A stretch of 64,000 nt of DNA, taken from positions 1 to 64,000 of IMG/VR virus record IMGVR_UViG_3300003654_000069; one strand, given 5' to 3'. Positions 10,201 to 19,366 of the stretch are shown here, piece after piece. A model generated the notes under the pieces. That model saw nothing but the letters and a program-made list of their open reading frames with translations. It was not told where the DNA came from and ran no database searches. This DNA is from a virus. Each line of letters opens with the position of its first letter. Position 1 is the stretch's first letter. The position numbers and the translations under genes were made by a program.

Positions 10201-13200
10201 TTCTAGCGTACTGTGGTTTTTCTGCAGCTTTGTTAAGGGGACCGCCAAACTGACTTTGGGCAAGTTGTTGTTCTCTTACATATGCTCTTACTAAAGGATT
10301 ATTAACAAGATAAACTGCCATCTCTTTTGTTACACCAGCTCTTCCTACCAAATAAGCAAATGTAGGAAGGACATCTAAAGAAATACCTAATCTAAATATC
10401 CACGGATCTTTTGCCACATCCACATAACCGGAAATAAGCTGGGCTTGGTATTCAGGCATTTTATATCCTTTTACATTTCTTAGTCCTGAGACAGATATTA
10501 CCTCATTACCATCATCATCTGTAACGGTATTACTATCCATATATATGGCCTGAATTCTTGCAAATTCTCTATTACCAGCCTTATCCATGAATGTATAACT
10601 CATAGGCTCACCATTATCCATAAACATTGGAGAGGTTGATGCATCTACTGCAGCAATCCCTAAACCTGCCATACCAGAACCAAATGCCTGATGCATATCT
10701 AGATTGAAGAGTTGTTCCATAACACGGGTATGACTGATTTTATCAGTCTTCTCACCATGTACATTCTCTCTAGCATCATATTCCTGAGTAAATTTCTCCA
10801 TTTCTTCTGTAAGCTTGTCATAATGGAATGTACCATTGGCACGAATAAGATCAGCAAAACCTGCAGGATCAAGAAGAATATTCTCCATAGCTAATAGTAA
10901 TTGATTCTCAGCAAATTTTGCCTCATACTCAAGAGCAAAATCTTCATAACTCTTCACTCCCTGTTCTTTTAATATATCTATTATCTCTTCTTCTGTATAA
11001 TTTCCATCATAAGCATCTGGAATTGTTGTTTCTATTAACTCATCCATTTCAGTATCTACTATCCTAATTATCTTACCATCTTCATCCTTAAGGAAATTTA
11101 CTTCAAGTGCTTTATCCCGGAGTCTTTCCCATATTTTTTTCACAGCAATAGGATCATATCCAGCTAGTCTGGGAACCCCATTAATTATGGTTATACTAGG
11201 CATAAGAGTTAATTCCTTATCACCATCAAAGTCAATACCTTTTTTAGCAAGCCATTCGGGAGGACCTATAATTATTGCTCCAGCAAGTTTTGGTAAAAAT
11301 TCATGAACTTGAACTATATCAAATGATGCTTTAGACTGACCTGGAATCCTGGGTGATATGAAACTAATCATTCTACGATTTTCATCATTAGCATACCAAC
11401 CTGGAGCTTGGATAATCTCATTGAGTCTTAATAAGGTTCTGGCAGGTTGACCATCTGGATGCACTAATTTAAGCAGCTTCTGGAAGTCTCCTTGAAGTGC
11501 AATCTTGACTCTCACAGACTGAATCTTTGAGGTATCTGGTTTCTTTACCCAGAAACCTACATTCTTATGTTCTTTTCTCTCAAAACCCTGTTCTTCCAGA
11601 AATTCAGCTATTATACCTTCTCCTGAGACATTATGTGGACTAATAGCATTAGTCTTATTGTCAGCAATGAAAGTCCGTACACCCTGGTATATGGCCTTCT
11701 TAATATGCTTTTTAATAAGTTCTACATCTTTTTCCTGATTTTTTCTTCCTCTTCCTGGAACAGAAATCATTACCTTATCAAACATGTCGTATTTATCTGC
11801 ATTAACAGCATTATCCCCACGAGCCTTTCTAAACTCATCTGCATACTTGATAGTAGAGCTTGAAGGATCATGAGAAACTGCTATAATCTTATCAGCAAAA
11901 TCAGCTTTTACCTGGTCTTTAGGAAACTTGGCACCAATAATTACAGGAGTAACCTGTCTTTCTATTGTTTTAGGATCAATTTCTCGTTCTATATGATAGC
12001 TTGCTAAACCATTACTACCATACCTCATAAGATCTGTAAAGCTTGGCTTCTTAAGTTTGATCTCTCTAACAGCATCTGAACTTTCCATACCAGCCCCAGA
12101 TACAATATTTAAAGGTTCTCCCTTTACTTTCTGTTTAATAAGTCTTCTCTCAACCATTCCTACAATCAGTCTTTCAATATCTGCGGCTGCAGGTGAAAGG
12201 GAAAGATCATGTTGAAGCTTATTCAAAATACCATTAAATTCTACAAAATCTACTTCATGTTCACCAAACTCTCCTCTTTCCAGTTCAGATTTAGCTAATG
12301 CTATAAGCTTCTCTAGATTAACCTTAGCTCCATCGCTGGTACCACTTAAATCTATATTGAGTTGCTTCTTACGAATCTCAGTCAGGTACTTTGCTGCCTT
12401 ACCAAAATCACTATGCTTTATATAGGCAGCGGAAAGCTTTCTTCTAGCTTTATCTGTAGCTTCTTTATCAATTTTACCATCTTTACCTATTACTTCAGTC
12501 TTCTTCCAGGCCTTCCTTTTTTCATCTGTGGTAACATTAGGCTTAAAATCTACAGGAACTCCATCGGACATAAGACCGGTAGTGATAAGTCTTCTCAACT
12601 GGGTAGAAAAACTAACCTTTCGCTTATACTTATCAGGAATAGATACCTGATCCTTGAGATATTCTATATAAACAGGATTCGGAGTAAATTGATAATCATC
12701 GGATGCAAAAGCAGCTATTCTATCTTCTTGATTACTATAGAACAAATCTAGTTCACCATTTTTTCCAATAGATGTAAGCTTCGACCCAGATTGAAATAAT
12801 GCATAATCGATACCTTGGGAAACCATCTTATTATGAAATATTTCCAAATTACCTGTTACAACTCCAGGAATAAGAGGTAAAAGCATCATTTTATGGAATG
12901 ACTGAAGGGGGATTCCTAGTGCTGTTGCAAGAGGACCGAACTCCTGAAGTTTCATTGTAGGAAAGAAATGTTCAGCAGCTTCAGCACTGATTTTCTCACC
13001 TTTGATAACTTTCCAATACATAGTTTCCATTTCATCAGTCCATTCATCAGAACCCATAAGCTTCTTAAGAATTCGATATGTATCAAAAGTTATCCATCCC
13101 TGTCCATCTCCTTCTTTAATACCCAGATAGTTCTTCATCTCAGCTGCAAGTATCTCATCAATTGCTTTCTTGGATAATTTTGCATCTTCCATAGTTTTTA

Positions 13201-16200
13201 CAGAATCTGCATACATTACTCTGGTATATTCTGCAAAATAAATACTATTTAATACAGAATCTTGTAGAACGGCTGACTGTACTATACCAGTCCATCTGAT
13301 ATGTATTGGCTTAAACATTCCTTCAGGGAACCACTTACTATCCATGTAAGGTCTTAATCTATTTTCCTCACCATCCATGCTGTTAATAAATGCTCGGGAA
13401 GCAGCATCATTAAGGAAACCTTTTCCTGTTGCAGGTCCTCCTGTAATACGTTTAATTGCACTTTCAGCTGATTTATACTGGGCAAGATCTCCATAAAAGA
13501 TAGTAAATGTCTCATAATTATGGATCCACATATTAGTAAGATATGCCTCAAATAAAGCTTTCTTATACTGAGGATTTGTGAAATCACCGGATATATGATG
13601 ACCCTGTCTGGCACCTGCACCAACTGATCTTAGAAGCTCTTGCATATTCTCAAGATGGGCACTATTATCAAACCCAAGTTCATTGAATGTTTCAGTAAAT
13701 TGTTTAACTCGATTATCAAAATACTTATCTAGATCTTTTATTATCTTATCCAGAAGATCCTGATTTTCTTTCTGGAGTTGTCCAAAAAGAGGATTATCAT
13801 GGTCATAGTCAGTCATTTTCATAAGCTCATCTTTCGTACTTGGAGAAAGAACATCATGAAAAAACGTGAACTTTTGTCCAGCTATGTAATAAGGAATAAG
13901 TTTACCATTTTTATCTGTAGCTTCTGTTAATGCATCACGTTCCTCTGATCCTACAGGAAGAGCTTTCAAATAATTAATCCTGGCTAGCTCATTGCTTATT
14001 TTGGAAAGAAAGATAATATTTCTTTCTTCTCTACCAGTATCAATAAGGAATTTAACAGGATCTATATAATATTTTCCAGTATGTTTTGTATTAGGTGATA
14101 TACCATTGGCCTTTGTGATCTTAGATACTCCAGACATATATGAAGTAGTTCTGTCAGAAGTTCGGGGTCCTTCAGCCCAACCTCGCTGAAAAAATGTAAT
14201 AAGATCTCCCAAAAACTTAGTAGCCTTATCAGTATCTGCTAAAGCAGATCCAGAAAGATGTATTATATCATTAAAAGTAGTAGCTACACCTGATAGATTT
14301 CCCCATATAAGTTCAACAACTGCAGTACTCTTATCTTTTTCATTAACTTTTCTCCTTTTTTCTGTTATAGGATCAAAAAGCGAGGCCATAATTATACTAT
14401 CTCTGATTAAAGGATTTCTATCTTTTTTGAGATATGACATGAAAGGAAATCTGAAAAAGAGATCATCCTCTGACTCTGAATTATTAATAGCATTGACTTG
14501 TCGTGTATTAGTAGAATGAAGAGCAAACTCATATTGAGTCTTGTTTTCTGCGGTACTGACCATAAAACCAGCAGCAGTATTATGTTGAGCTTCAAGTTCA
14601 GCTAATTTTGTAAAACGACCCTCCCATCCTGTTTTATCTCTAAGTATCTTTTCTCCTGGTATTATTTTTCCTTCAGGTGATATTTTAGGTAGATCTGTGA
14701 TATTATCTCTTTCTTGATACAATTGATTCAAAAAATCTGCTCTTAGGATAGGTTCCTTTTGGTGTATTAATATATTTAACCATCTATAAATGTGAAATAT
14801 CTGATATTTGTTATCACTATCTTTCATTATTTCAGTTTCCACTTCCAACTGTTCAGATAAGTCAATCCCAATAACTCTTAAAAATTCAGGAGATCTTAAT
14901 CTATCCAGTGTATCAACAGTACTATCTTTATCTTTAGGAGCTGCAAATTCCTTTACAACTTCTGCAATATCAAGATATACTATTCCATTAATATCTTTCT
15001 TCATGAACTTATTTCTTCCTAGTACAGGAAAGTCAGTTTGCCATTGACTCTTCATTCTTCTATGACCACCTGAAGTTTTTCCAAATGCAAAATCAAATAT
15101 ATCTACTCCTTTTGTATTTATCTCCTTATTTATAGTAAGTTGATGAAGATAGGTTCTGATCTTATCGAGGGATGCCTGAAAATCCATCCATATAACATTA
15201 ACTATTTTTTTATCACTCTTTCGATCACCAAGTCTTTCTAAGAGTTGTTTATATATATGAGCATCTGGATAATTTGGGTTGTCTCTTCTAACTACCATTC
15301 TATTATATAAAAGCTCTCTATCATTCCCACCAACCAAGTACTTAACAACTCTATTCCATACAAGCATTGGCTCCTCATAATTGAGAAAACCAAATCTGTC
15401 ATAAGCATCAGCCTGATTCTTAGACTTAAAAATGGTTTTCATGAGTACAGCTATCTCAGGAGTAGCAAAGAAGTCCAATGGAATAGTATTACCCTTTCTG
15501 TTAGGATCACTTCTTTCTTTTGCGACAGATGCACTAGTATCAAAATCATCATCTATACCTTCTAATTTCGCTTTATCCTTGGCAGTAAGAAACCGAGTAT
15601 GGTCTCTATGATAAGCAACAATCCCTTTCTTTTTATCTTTCTTAGTAGGATAAAAATTATTTTCAATATAACCCAGAAGATACATATTACGACTTTCACC
15701 AACATTAACTAGTTCTTTAGAAGGAGCTTGTTTGGCAGCTTCCTGCTGTGACATTATAAGCCGGGCAGTATCAATAGTTCTTTCAAGAGGTGAAGCAATA
15801 ATCTCAGGAATTTCTATATCCTTGAATAACTGTCCAATTTCTACAGCTTGCTTAGTACCCTTATCTGTAAGTTGTCCACCAGGAGTACCAAAAGTTTTAG
15901 TTACATTATCTATGGTTTCTCCATGTCTTACAATATGAATAGGACCATTCTTACCCTGAATAATAAAATGTGCTCCTGGTTTGAATGTACCAGCCTGTTT
16001 TACATATGCATTTCTCTGAAGTTGTGTGAATTCAGAAGGGTTCCCCTCTTTATTCCATAGACTAATTAATCCAAATGTTGAACCATGAGTAACAACTACA
16101 GTATGAGCCTTACCATTAGCTACTATATCAGATATAGCAGGAACAATTCTATTGAATGCATGATTGAAAGATTCACCATCAGAGATAATAGGCTTATCAG

Positions 16201-19200
16201 GCTTATTCATTATATTGTCAGCAATAGTCATATTTTTAGCTCTATCTTCTGGTCTTCCTACTTCAGACCCATAATCAAAACCTCTAAAACTATTAACAAG
16301 TTTAAGCTTAGACTTAACACCAGTTCTCATTGTTCTAATTTCATCAAGTACAAGGGTATATATAATTTTTTGGGAAGAAGGTTCTTTCATTAAATGATGC
16401 TCACTTATAAAATGACCTTGTCTTTTTTCCAATACTATGGCTATTTTGGTAATAATTTTATCAAGAAGACCACTTATAGCCTTAGATTCAGTATAATCAA
16501 GATTAACTGCTTCCATCGGATTGCCAGCAGCATCAGTATCAAGACCTTGAATACCTTTACGGAGAATATTGAAGTTCCGGTTACTTATATCAAAGGTAAA
16601 GTCTGAAAGATCACCTATTCTCATCTTTTCGAAAAGCTGATGGATATGTACATTATCAAGAGGACTTGCTATAACATCTTTCATACTAGTACCACCAAAA
16701 AGAGACTTGAGTATATCCCATAACCTTTTAAATATTGATTTTCTGGCTGGTCCTGAAGGGATTTTTTTACCACCAGATAACATATACTTACGGAAATCCT
16801 CTGCAAGCCACTCTTCTAATTGTTCTTCACTGGCTTTATTAAAGGCTACTGTTACACCCTTATAATCAGTAAAACTACCCTGTAATGAACCAGCCTCTTT
16901 ATAAAGTCTTTTCTTTTGTTCTTTAGTCAGGAAAAGCTGAGTGAATCCGTGCCATGACTCATGGTAAAGATCTGAGAAATCTGATCCTTTGAAAAGAACA
17001 ATACCATCAGCAGTCCATTGAGCAACTCCTGAACTGTTAACAATAGTAAACATAACTTCAAAAGGAATAAACTTTGACATAGGATGGTTTGAATACCATT
17101 TCTTGGCATCTTCTATCTGAGCTTTAGTAGCAACTAAGTTAAATGTCTTCTGAAACTTATTCTTATTCCACTTAACTTTGAATATCTCTTCAAGCTTTCT
17201 AAGTGCTGGATCTGTTAAAGGAGCTAGACTGACTGTCTTCTCTTGGGTAGGTACGGTTATATCTATATTAGGAATAGTACCCTTAGCTGCACCTAATGAT
17301 GGGGCACCAAGCATAAAATCGAGAGAGGGGTTTATAGGAGCAATCCCTCTCACACCACCATCGTCATAAGACACAGCATTAGAAAGTGTTTTTGTTGCAA
17401 TCCAATTGACATATGGTATTGCAGGTACTTTTTTAATAGATATTTTGCCATTTTTATCAGTTTCCAGACTAAACTCCTCAATCATTTTTTGGTCACTAAT
17501 AACATTATAAGTCTGGAAATTAGCCCATTTAAGAACAAGTTTTCCATTTGGGTCTTTTACCTCTACAAGCATAAAATCCTTCCCCTGATTTCTTGTTTTA
17601 GCTGCTAGTCTAGGATCACTAATTTTATCAAATAGTCTATTACCAGTTTTTAGATAAATTGCATAGGGAGTATCCTTTCCATCTTTAGTCGTCATTTCTC
17701 TACTAATAGGAACAGCATCTTTACTTATAAATGGATGACTTAGATATTTTATAATTAATTTTTTTGCTTCTTCTTTCTTAACAGCAAGCTCTTCTGGAGC
17801 AATACCGGCAGACTTATAGATATCATGACCCATGTATCTGACAGTAATATTCTTAGTATCATCTGCAAATAATTGCAATCTATCACTACTAAGTAAAAGC
17901 ATTGGTCGAAGAAGTGCTAATTTGGCATGAACAGACATGGGCTCCTTTCCTTTATCATAAATATCATCTACTATAAGACTTGCCCAACTCTCTATGTCTT
18001 CCTGAGTAATATACTTTCTAGTAAGAGGAATTTCTTCATGTACACCAGGAAGAGTTAAATTAATATTCTTTACTTCCTTTAGACCTGGAACAGGTTGAAT
18101 ATCAAAACCTTTAGATAAAGTAACTTTACTAAGATCTTCAAATTCATTTTTCGGAGTCTTGGTAATAATTCCTTGCGAACCTCCTGTTATATGGCCTATT
18201 ATCTTATTACCCTTAAGAGCACCATTATCAGTAGATAGTACATGTTTAGTAACCTGATCACGCTCCTCAGCTTGATCATTAGTAAACTTGGTTGCTTCTT
18301 CTAAGGTAATTTTTGTATATGGTTTTTTTAATGATTTTTTTACAGTTTCATTAGGATTTTCTATACCTGATTTTTCATAGTTAATACTTCCATTTTCATT
18401 TCTATGTACTCCTTTTACAGGAGAATAAAATATTCTACCATTATTTTCATCAGTAAGTTCACGTTTAACATTAAAGTATAATATTACACCATTTTCATCA
18501 GTAGCTACCATAACTACCTTTGTCTTCCAATTTGCCAAGGCAGCAGCATTATCTGTGGCATTACCATTCTCTAAAAATGCTTTATCTTGAGAACTATATT
18601 GCCCTGGAGGAATATTAGTAGCAGCCATTGCTGTATAATACAATCCTGTAGTTCCACCACCAGGTCTGATAAATTTTATATTACGACTATCATTATTATA
18701 TCTTGGATTATCTCTCAGATCATCCAAGATACTTCTCATAAATTTCATGTAGAATCCCATTTCCAGATCAGGAATATTTCTCATTATCTCAGCCCGCTGA
18801 ATACCTCTTGCTTGTTCTAAACTTTTATTATCTTCATCCCTGATTTTAGGAAGAGTTCTATGCTTAGCTTCCTGACCAGTAGTGTGGTTAAGACTTTTAA
18901 GAAGAACAGTACTTTTAATAGGCTTCTTAAATTTTCCTTTCTCTTCAGCCATTCTCTTCTGCTGTCTATCCTGTGCCTGATAAGAAAGTTCTTTACTTAT
19001 CTGCTCGGTTGTTTGAGTAGGTGTACCTTTTTCTAGATAAGTAAGAACATTAGCAATTCCTTTCTCAAGCTCTTTCCCAAACTCTCTTATATGCTTTCCG
19101 AGGGCATTCAGATCAAGACCATTATTTGCTAGATATTCTGCAAGGACTTCATTTGCTTCAGTAGACACAACAAGATTAATTGCCTTAGGAACAACTTGTA

Positions 19201-19366
19201 ATACGGATGCCGCATAGGCATGTTCATCACCTCCAATAACAAGACCCTTATCATACATATCACTAAAGAATTTATCCATAGAAAATTTAGTACCATTTTT
19301 TCTTATAGTATCTAAATTAAGACGAACAAGTTCGTATACATCACTTGGATCAAGAGGACATGCCAT
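7250..19366 (-). CDS. giant (4038 aa) virion-type two-barrel RNA polymerase fusion protein carrying zincin, histidine phosphatase and cpYpsA/SLOG modules
   Basis: Uninterrupted 12.1-kb ORF. It contains a beta-prime-like R-x-P...DFDGD motif plus three accessory enzyme signatures, each listed as a separate feature. Both gene junctions overlap (TAATG at 19364-19368, ATGA at 7250-7253). Confidence 0.85.
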   Translation of the reverse strand: MACPLDPSDVYELVRLNLDTIRKNGTKFSMDKFFSDMYDKGLVIGGDEHAYAASVLQVVPKAINLVVSTEANEVLAEYLANNGLDLNALGKHIREFGKELEKGIANVLTYLEKGTPTQTTEQISKELSYQAQDRQQKRMAEEKGKFKKPIKSTVLLKSLNHTTGQEAKHRTLPKIRDEDNKSLEQARGIQRAEIMRNIPDLEMGFYMKFMRSILDDLRDNPRYNNDSRNIKFIRPGGGTTGLYYTAMAATNIPPGQYSSQDKAFLENGNATDNAAALANWKTKVVMVATDENGVILYFNVKRELTDENNGRIFYSPVKGVHRNENGSINYEKSGIENPNETVKKSLKKPYTKITLEEATKFTNDQAEERDQVTKHVLSTDNGALKGNKIIGHITGGSQGIITKTPKNEFEDLSKVTLSKGFDIQPVPGLKEVKNINLTLPGVHEEIPLTRKYITQEDIESWASLIVDDIYDKGKEPMSVHAKLALLRPMLLLSSDRLQLFADDTKNITVRYMGHDIYKSAGIAPEELAVKKEEAKKLIIKYLSHPFISKDAVPISREMTTKDGKDTPYAIYLKTGNRLFDKISDPRLAAKTRNQGKDFMLVEVKDPNGKLVLKWANFQTYNVISDQKMIEEFSLETDKNGKISIKKVPAIPYVNWIATKTLSNAVSYDDGGVRGIAPINPSLDFMLGAPSLGAAKGTIPNIDITVPTQEKTVSLAPLTDPALRKLEEIFKVKWNKNKFQKTFNLVATKAQIEDAKKWYSNHPMSKFIPFEVMFTIVNSSGVAQWTADGIVLFKGSDFSDLYHESWHGFTQLFLTKEQKKRLYKEAGSLQGSFTDYKGVTVAFNKASEEQLEEWLAEDFRKYMLSGGKKIPSGPARKSIFKRLWDILKSLFGGTSMKDVIASPLDNVHIHQLFEKMRIGDLSDFTFDISNRNFNILRKGIQGLDTDAAGNPMEAVNLDYTESKAISGLLDKIITKIAIVLEKRQGHFISEHHLMKEPSSQKIIYTLVLDEIRTMRTGVKSKLKLVNSFRGFDYGSEVGRPEDRAKNMTIADNIMNKPDKPIISDGESFNHAFNRIVPAISDIVANGKAHTVVVTHGSTFGLISLWNKEGNPSEFTQLQRNAYVKQAGTFKPGAHFIIQGKNGPIHIVRHGETIDNVTKTFGTPGGQLTDKGTKQAVEIGQLFKDIEIPEIIASPLERTIDTARLIMSQQEAAKQAPSKELVNVGESRNMYLLGYIENNFYPTKKDKKKGIVAYHRDHTRFLTAKDKAKLEGIDDDFDTSASVAKERSDPNRKGNTIPLDFFATPEIAVLMKTIFKSKNQADAYDRFGFLNYEEPMLVWNRVVKYLVGGNDRELLYNRMVVRRDNPNYPDAHIYKQLLERLGDRKSDKKIVNVIWMDFQASLDKIRTYLHQLTINKEINTKGVDIFDFAFGKTSGGHRRMKSQWQTDFPVLGRNKFMKKDINGIVYLDIAEVVKEFAAPKDKDSTVDTLDRLRSPEFLRVIGIDLSEQLEVETEIMKDSDNKYQIFHIYRWLNILIHQKEPILRADFLNQLYQERDNITDLPKISPEGKIIPGEKILRDKTGWEGRFTKLAELEAQHNTAAGFMVSTAENKTQYEFALHSTNTRQVNAINNSESEDDLFFRFPFMSYLKKDRNPLIRDSIIMASLFDPITEKRRKVNEKDKSTAVVELIWGNLSGVATTFNDIIHLSGSALADTDKATKFLGDLITFFQRGWAEGPRTSDRTTSYMSGVSKITKANGISPNTKHTGKYYIDPVKFLIDTGREERNIIFLSKISNELARINYLKALPVGSEERDALTEATDKNGKLIPYYIAGQKFTFFHDVLSPSTKDELMKMTDYDHDNPLFGQLQKENQDLLDKIIKDLDKYFDNRVKQFTETFNELGFDNSAHLENMQELLRSVGAGARQGHHISGDFTNPQYKKALFEAYLTNMWIHNYETFTIFYGDLAQYKSAESAIKRITGGPATGKGFLNDAASRAFINSMDGEENRLRPYMDSKWFPEGMFKPIHIRWTGIVQSAVLQDSVLNSIYFAEYTRVMYADSVKTMEDAKLSKKAIDEILAAEMKNYLGIKEGDGQGWITFDTYRILKKLMGSDEWTDEMETMYWKVIKGEKISAEAAEHFFPTMKLQEFGPLATALGIPLQSFHKMMLLPLIPGVVTGNLEIFHNKMVSQGIDYALFQSGSKLTSIGKNGELDLFYSNQEDRIAAFASDDYQFTPNPVYIEYLKDQVSIPDKYKRKVSFSTQLRRLITTGLMSDGVPVDFKPNVTTDEKRKAWKKTEVIGKDGKIDKEATDKARRKLSAAYIKHSDFGKAAKYLTEIRKKQLNIDLSGTSDGAKVNLEKLIALAKSELERGEFGEHEVDFVEFNGILNKLQHDLSLSPAAADIERLIVGMVERRLIKQKVKGEPLNIVSGAGMESSDAVREIKLKKPSFTDLMRYGSNGLASYHIEREIDPKTIERQVTPVIIGAKFPKDQVKADFADKIIAVSHDPSSSTIKYADEFRKARGDNAVNADKYDMFDKVMISVPGRGRKNQEKDVELIKKHIKKAIYQGVRTFIADNKTNAISPHNVSGEGIIAEFLEEQGFERKEHKNVGFWVKKPDTSKIQSVRVKIALQGDFQKLLKLVHPDGQPARTLLRLNEIIQAPGWYANDENRRMISFISPRIPGQSKASFDIVQVHEFLPKLAGAIIIGPPEWLAKKGIDFDGDKELTLMPSITIINGVPRLAGYDPIAVKKIWERLRDKALEVNFLKDEDGKIIRIVDTEMDELIETTIPDAYDGNYTEEEIIDILKEQGVKSYEDFALEYEAKFAENQLLLAMENILLDPAGFADLIRANGTFHYDKLTEEMEKFTQEYDARENVHGEKTDKISHTRVMEQLFNLDMHQAFGSGMAGLGIAAVDASTSPMFMDNGEPMSYTFMDKAGNREFARIQAIYMDSNTVTDDDGNEVISVSGLRNVKGYKMPEYQAQLISGYVDVAKDPWIFRLGISLDVLPTFAYLVGRAGVTKEMAVYLVNNPLVRAYVREQQLAQSQFGGPLNKAAEKPQYARNHARDVMLSDAKYGMTLRYTQPLLDALGKGAQTQLIGQKIIRNTKEIHFMKKEIYMYLRTRRADNPFTEGELLDTLKVFKEKGKKFGQRVEGEELVQPSQTDIDVLLHYFELEDQSSSLTKIKLATRFDAKKSGTMFMAMFRHIKAKQLEQNGRWRPEMVTNIMEDSVMGSYDISEFLAHHLAPLFELSNHPALNNHILKQIEDKKFEEVVEKTYRDMEETIDTMKSDFISYIYQDMLRGFSLDNIKEYKGYNTNTTTSITQIRYLKIGAFVHNDTMYIDKEKIKSDYNLITKPGLGLMPEYRELGLAPLHKNVFESMDEYAHFVIEREHLRSFTSIKDVKDTDEFKRNLERNEKIQKREEGETHAAFDERISILSYEEILRDKALDNIWNTWKVFKNDSSYAKQYQEFKNKYRDTDMADRFPVLDQIVFNQIGVKPGETQLERMDNLRLHDPRMTVDMRNMFHESLLNLMDPRVMKVADDKENMRISEFFRKMPFFNMLQSGMATDNMFAMGRIMPTEKTTVLFMESEMPKYITMLDEISSGKRGTAFIDNFAEMFAWNNRSSNYQYRDRYKQYTINSSNRATLGQTSVEPTILAVTKIISGGQTGGDIGGLEGAKAVGIETGGTAPPNWLSGDKNEKALLESFGLVEGVSDPKTYPKRTMKNVDDSDGTLATLWGTSVGTSKTIGYAQTGKWQHGTGKSSDKGHRPVLVITTKDVNEAAEQLLEFVIKNNIKTLNVAGHREVSHPGIAEFTKNVIIKAFTQQSSQLIPLQGRFIKESFPGVFTYTSSFTDKLSESVKMAEKIMIENPNAIFMYDGLVPGKPVNTKFFGVPGHVWQTAKGPGGETNAIGIPLRVSYYTNQNTAQITDGTEKEFEAHAKRIDAVLDAALAMKNDPVNPKRIVFPEGGMGQALIGADDITGDNLSDKRAVAPGIFAHLSARLLKDFNYLNKNFTSTTEGERILQTSMPLTNQMVRDIKRAACAI
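7922..8419 (-). other. cpYpsA-type SLOG domain (former 'putative molybdenum carrier' family), residues ~3650-3815
   Basis: IISGGQTGGDIGG (SGGQTGGD at nt 8375-8398) ... ETGGTAPPNW ... YPKRTMKNVDDSDGTLATLWG ... LNVAGHREVSHPGI. These match the GGQTG-x-D, RT-x-NV-x-DSDGTL and NVAG-x-RE signature blocks of that family as I remember them. Confidence 0.65.
11219..11362 (-). other. catalytic double-psi beta-barrel of a multisubunit-type RNA polymerase (DFDGD = residues 2712-2716, nt 11219-11233)
   Basis: FISPRIPGQSKASFDIVQVHEFLP...AKKGIDFDGDKELTLMP parallels bacterial beta-prime NRAPTLHRLGIQAFEP...AYNADFDGDQMAVH. R2673 lies 39 residues before the Asp triad. Confidence 0.75.
15752..16300 (-). other. 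histidine phosphatase (PGAM/SixA superfamily) domain, apparently circularly permuted (residues ~1023-1205)
   Basis: C-terminal-half motifs (FDYGSEVG, DGESFNHAFNRI, VVVTHGSTFGLI with H1094 at 16085-16087) come before the N-terminal-half motifs (IVRHGET with R1147-E1150 at 15917-15928, then LTDKGTKQA and SPLERTIDTA). Confidence 0.6.
16877..17149 (-). other. HExxH zincin-like metallopeptidase module (HESWH = residues 802-806, nt 16949-16963)
   Basis: The reverse complement of 16949-16963 is CAT GAG TCA TGG CAC. The context is GVAQWTADGIVLFKGSDFSDLYHESWHGFTQLF. Confidence 0.5.
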
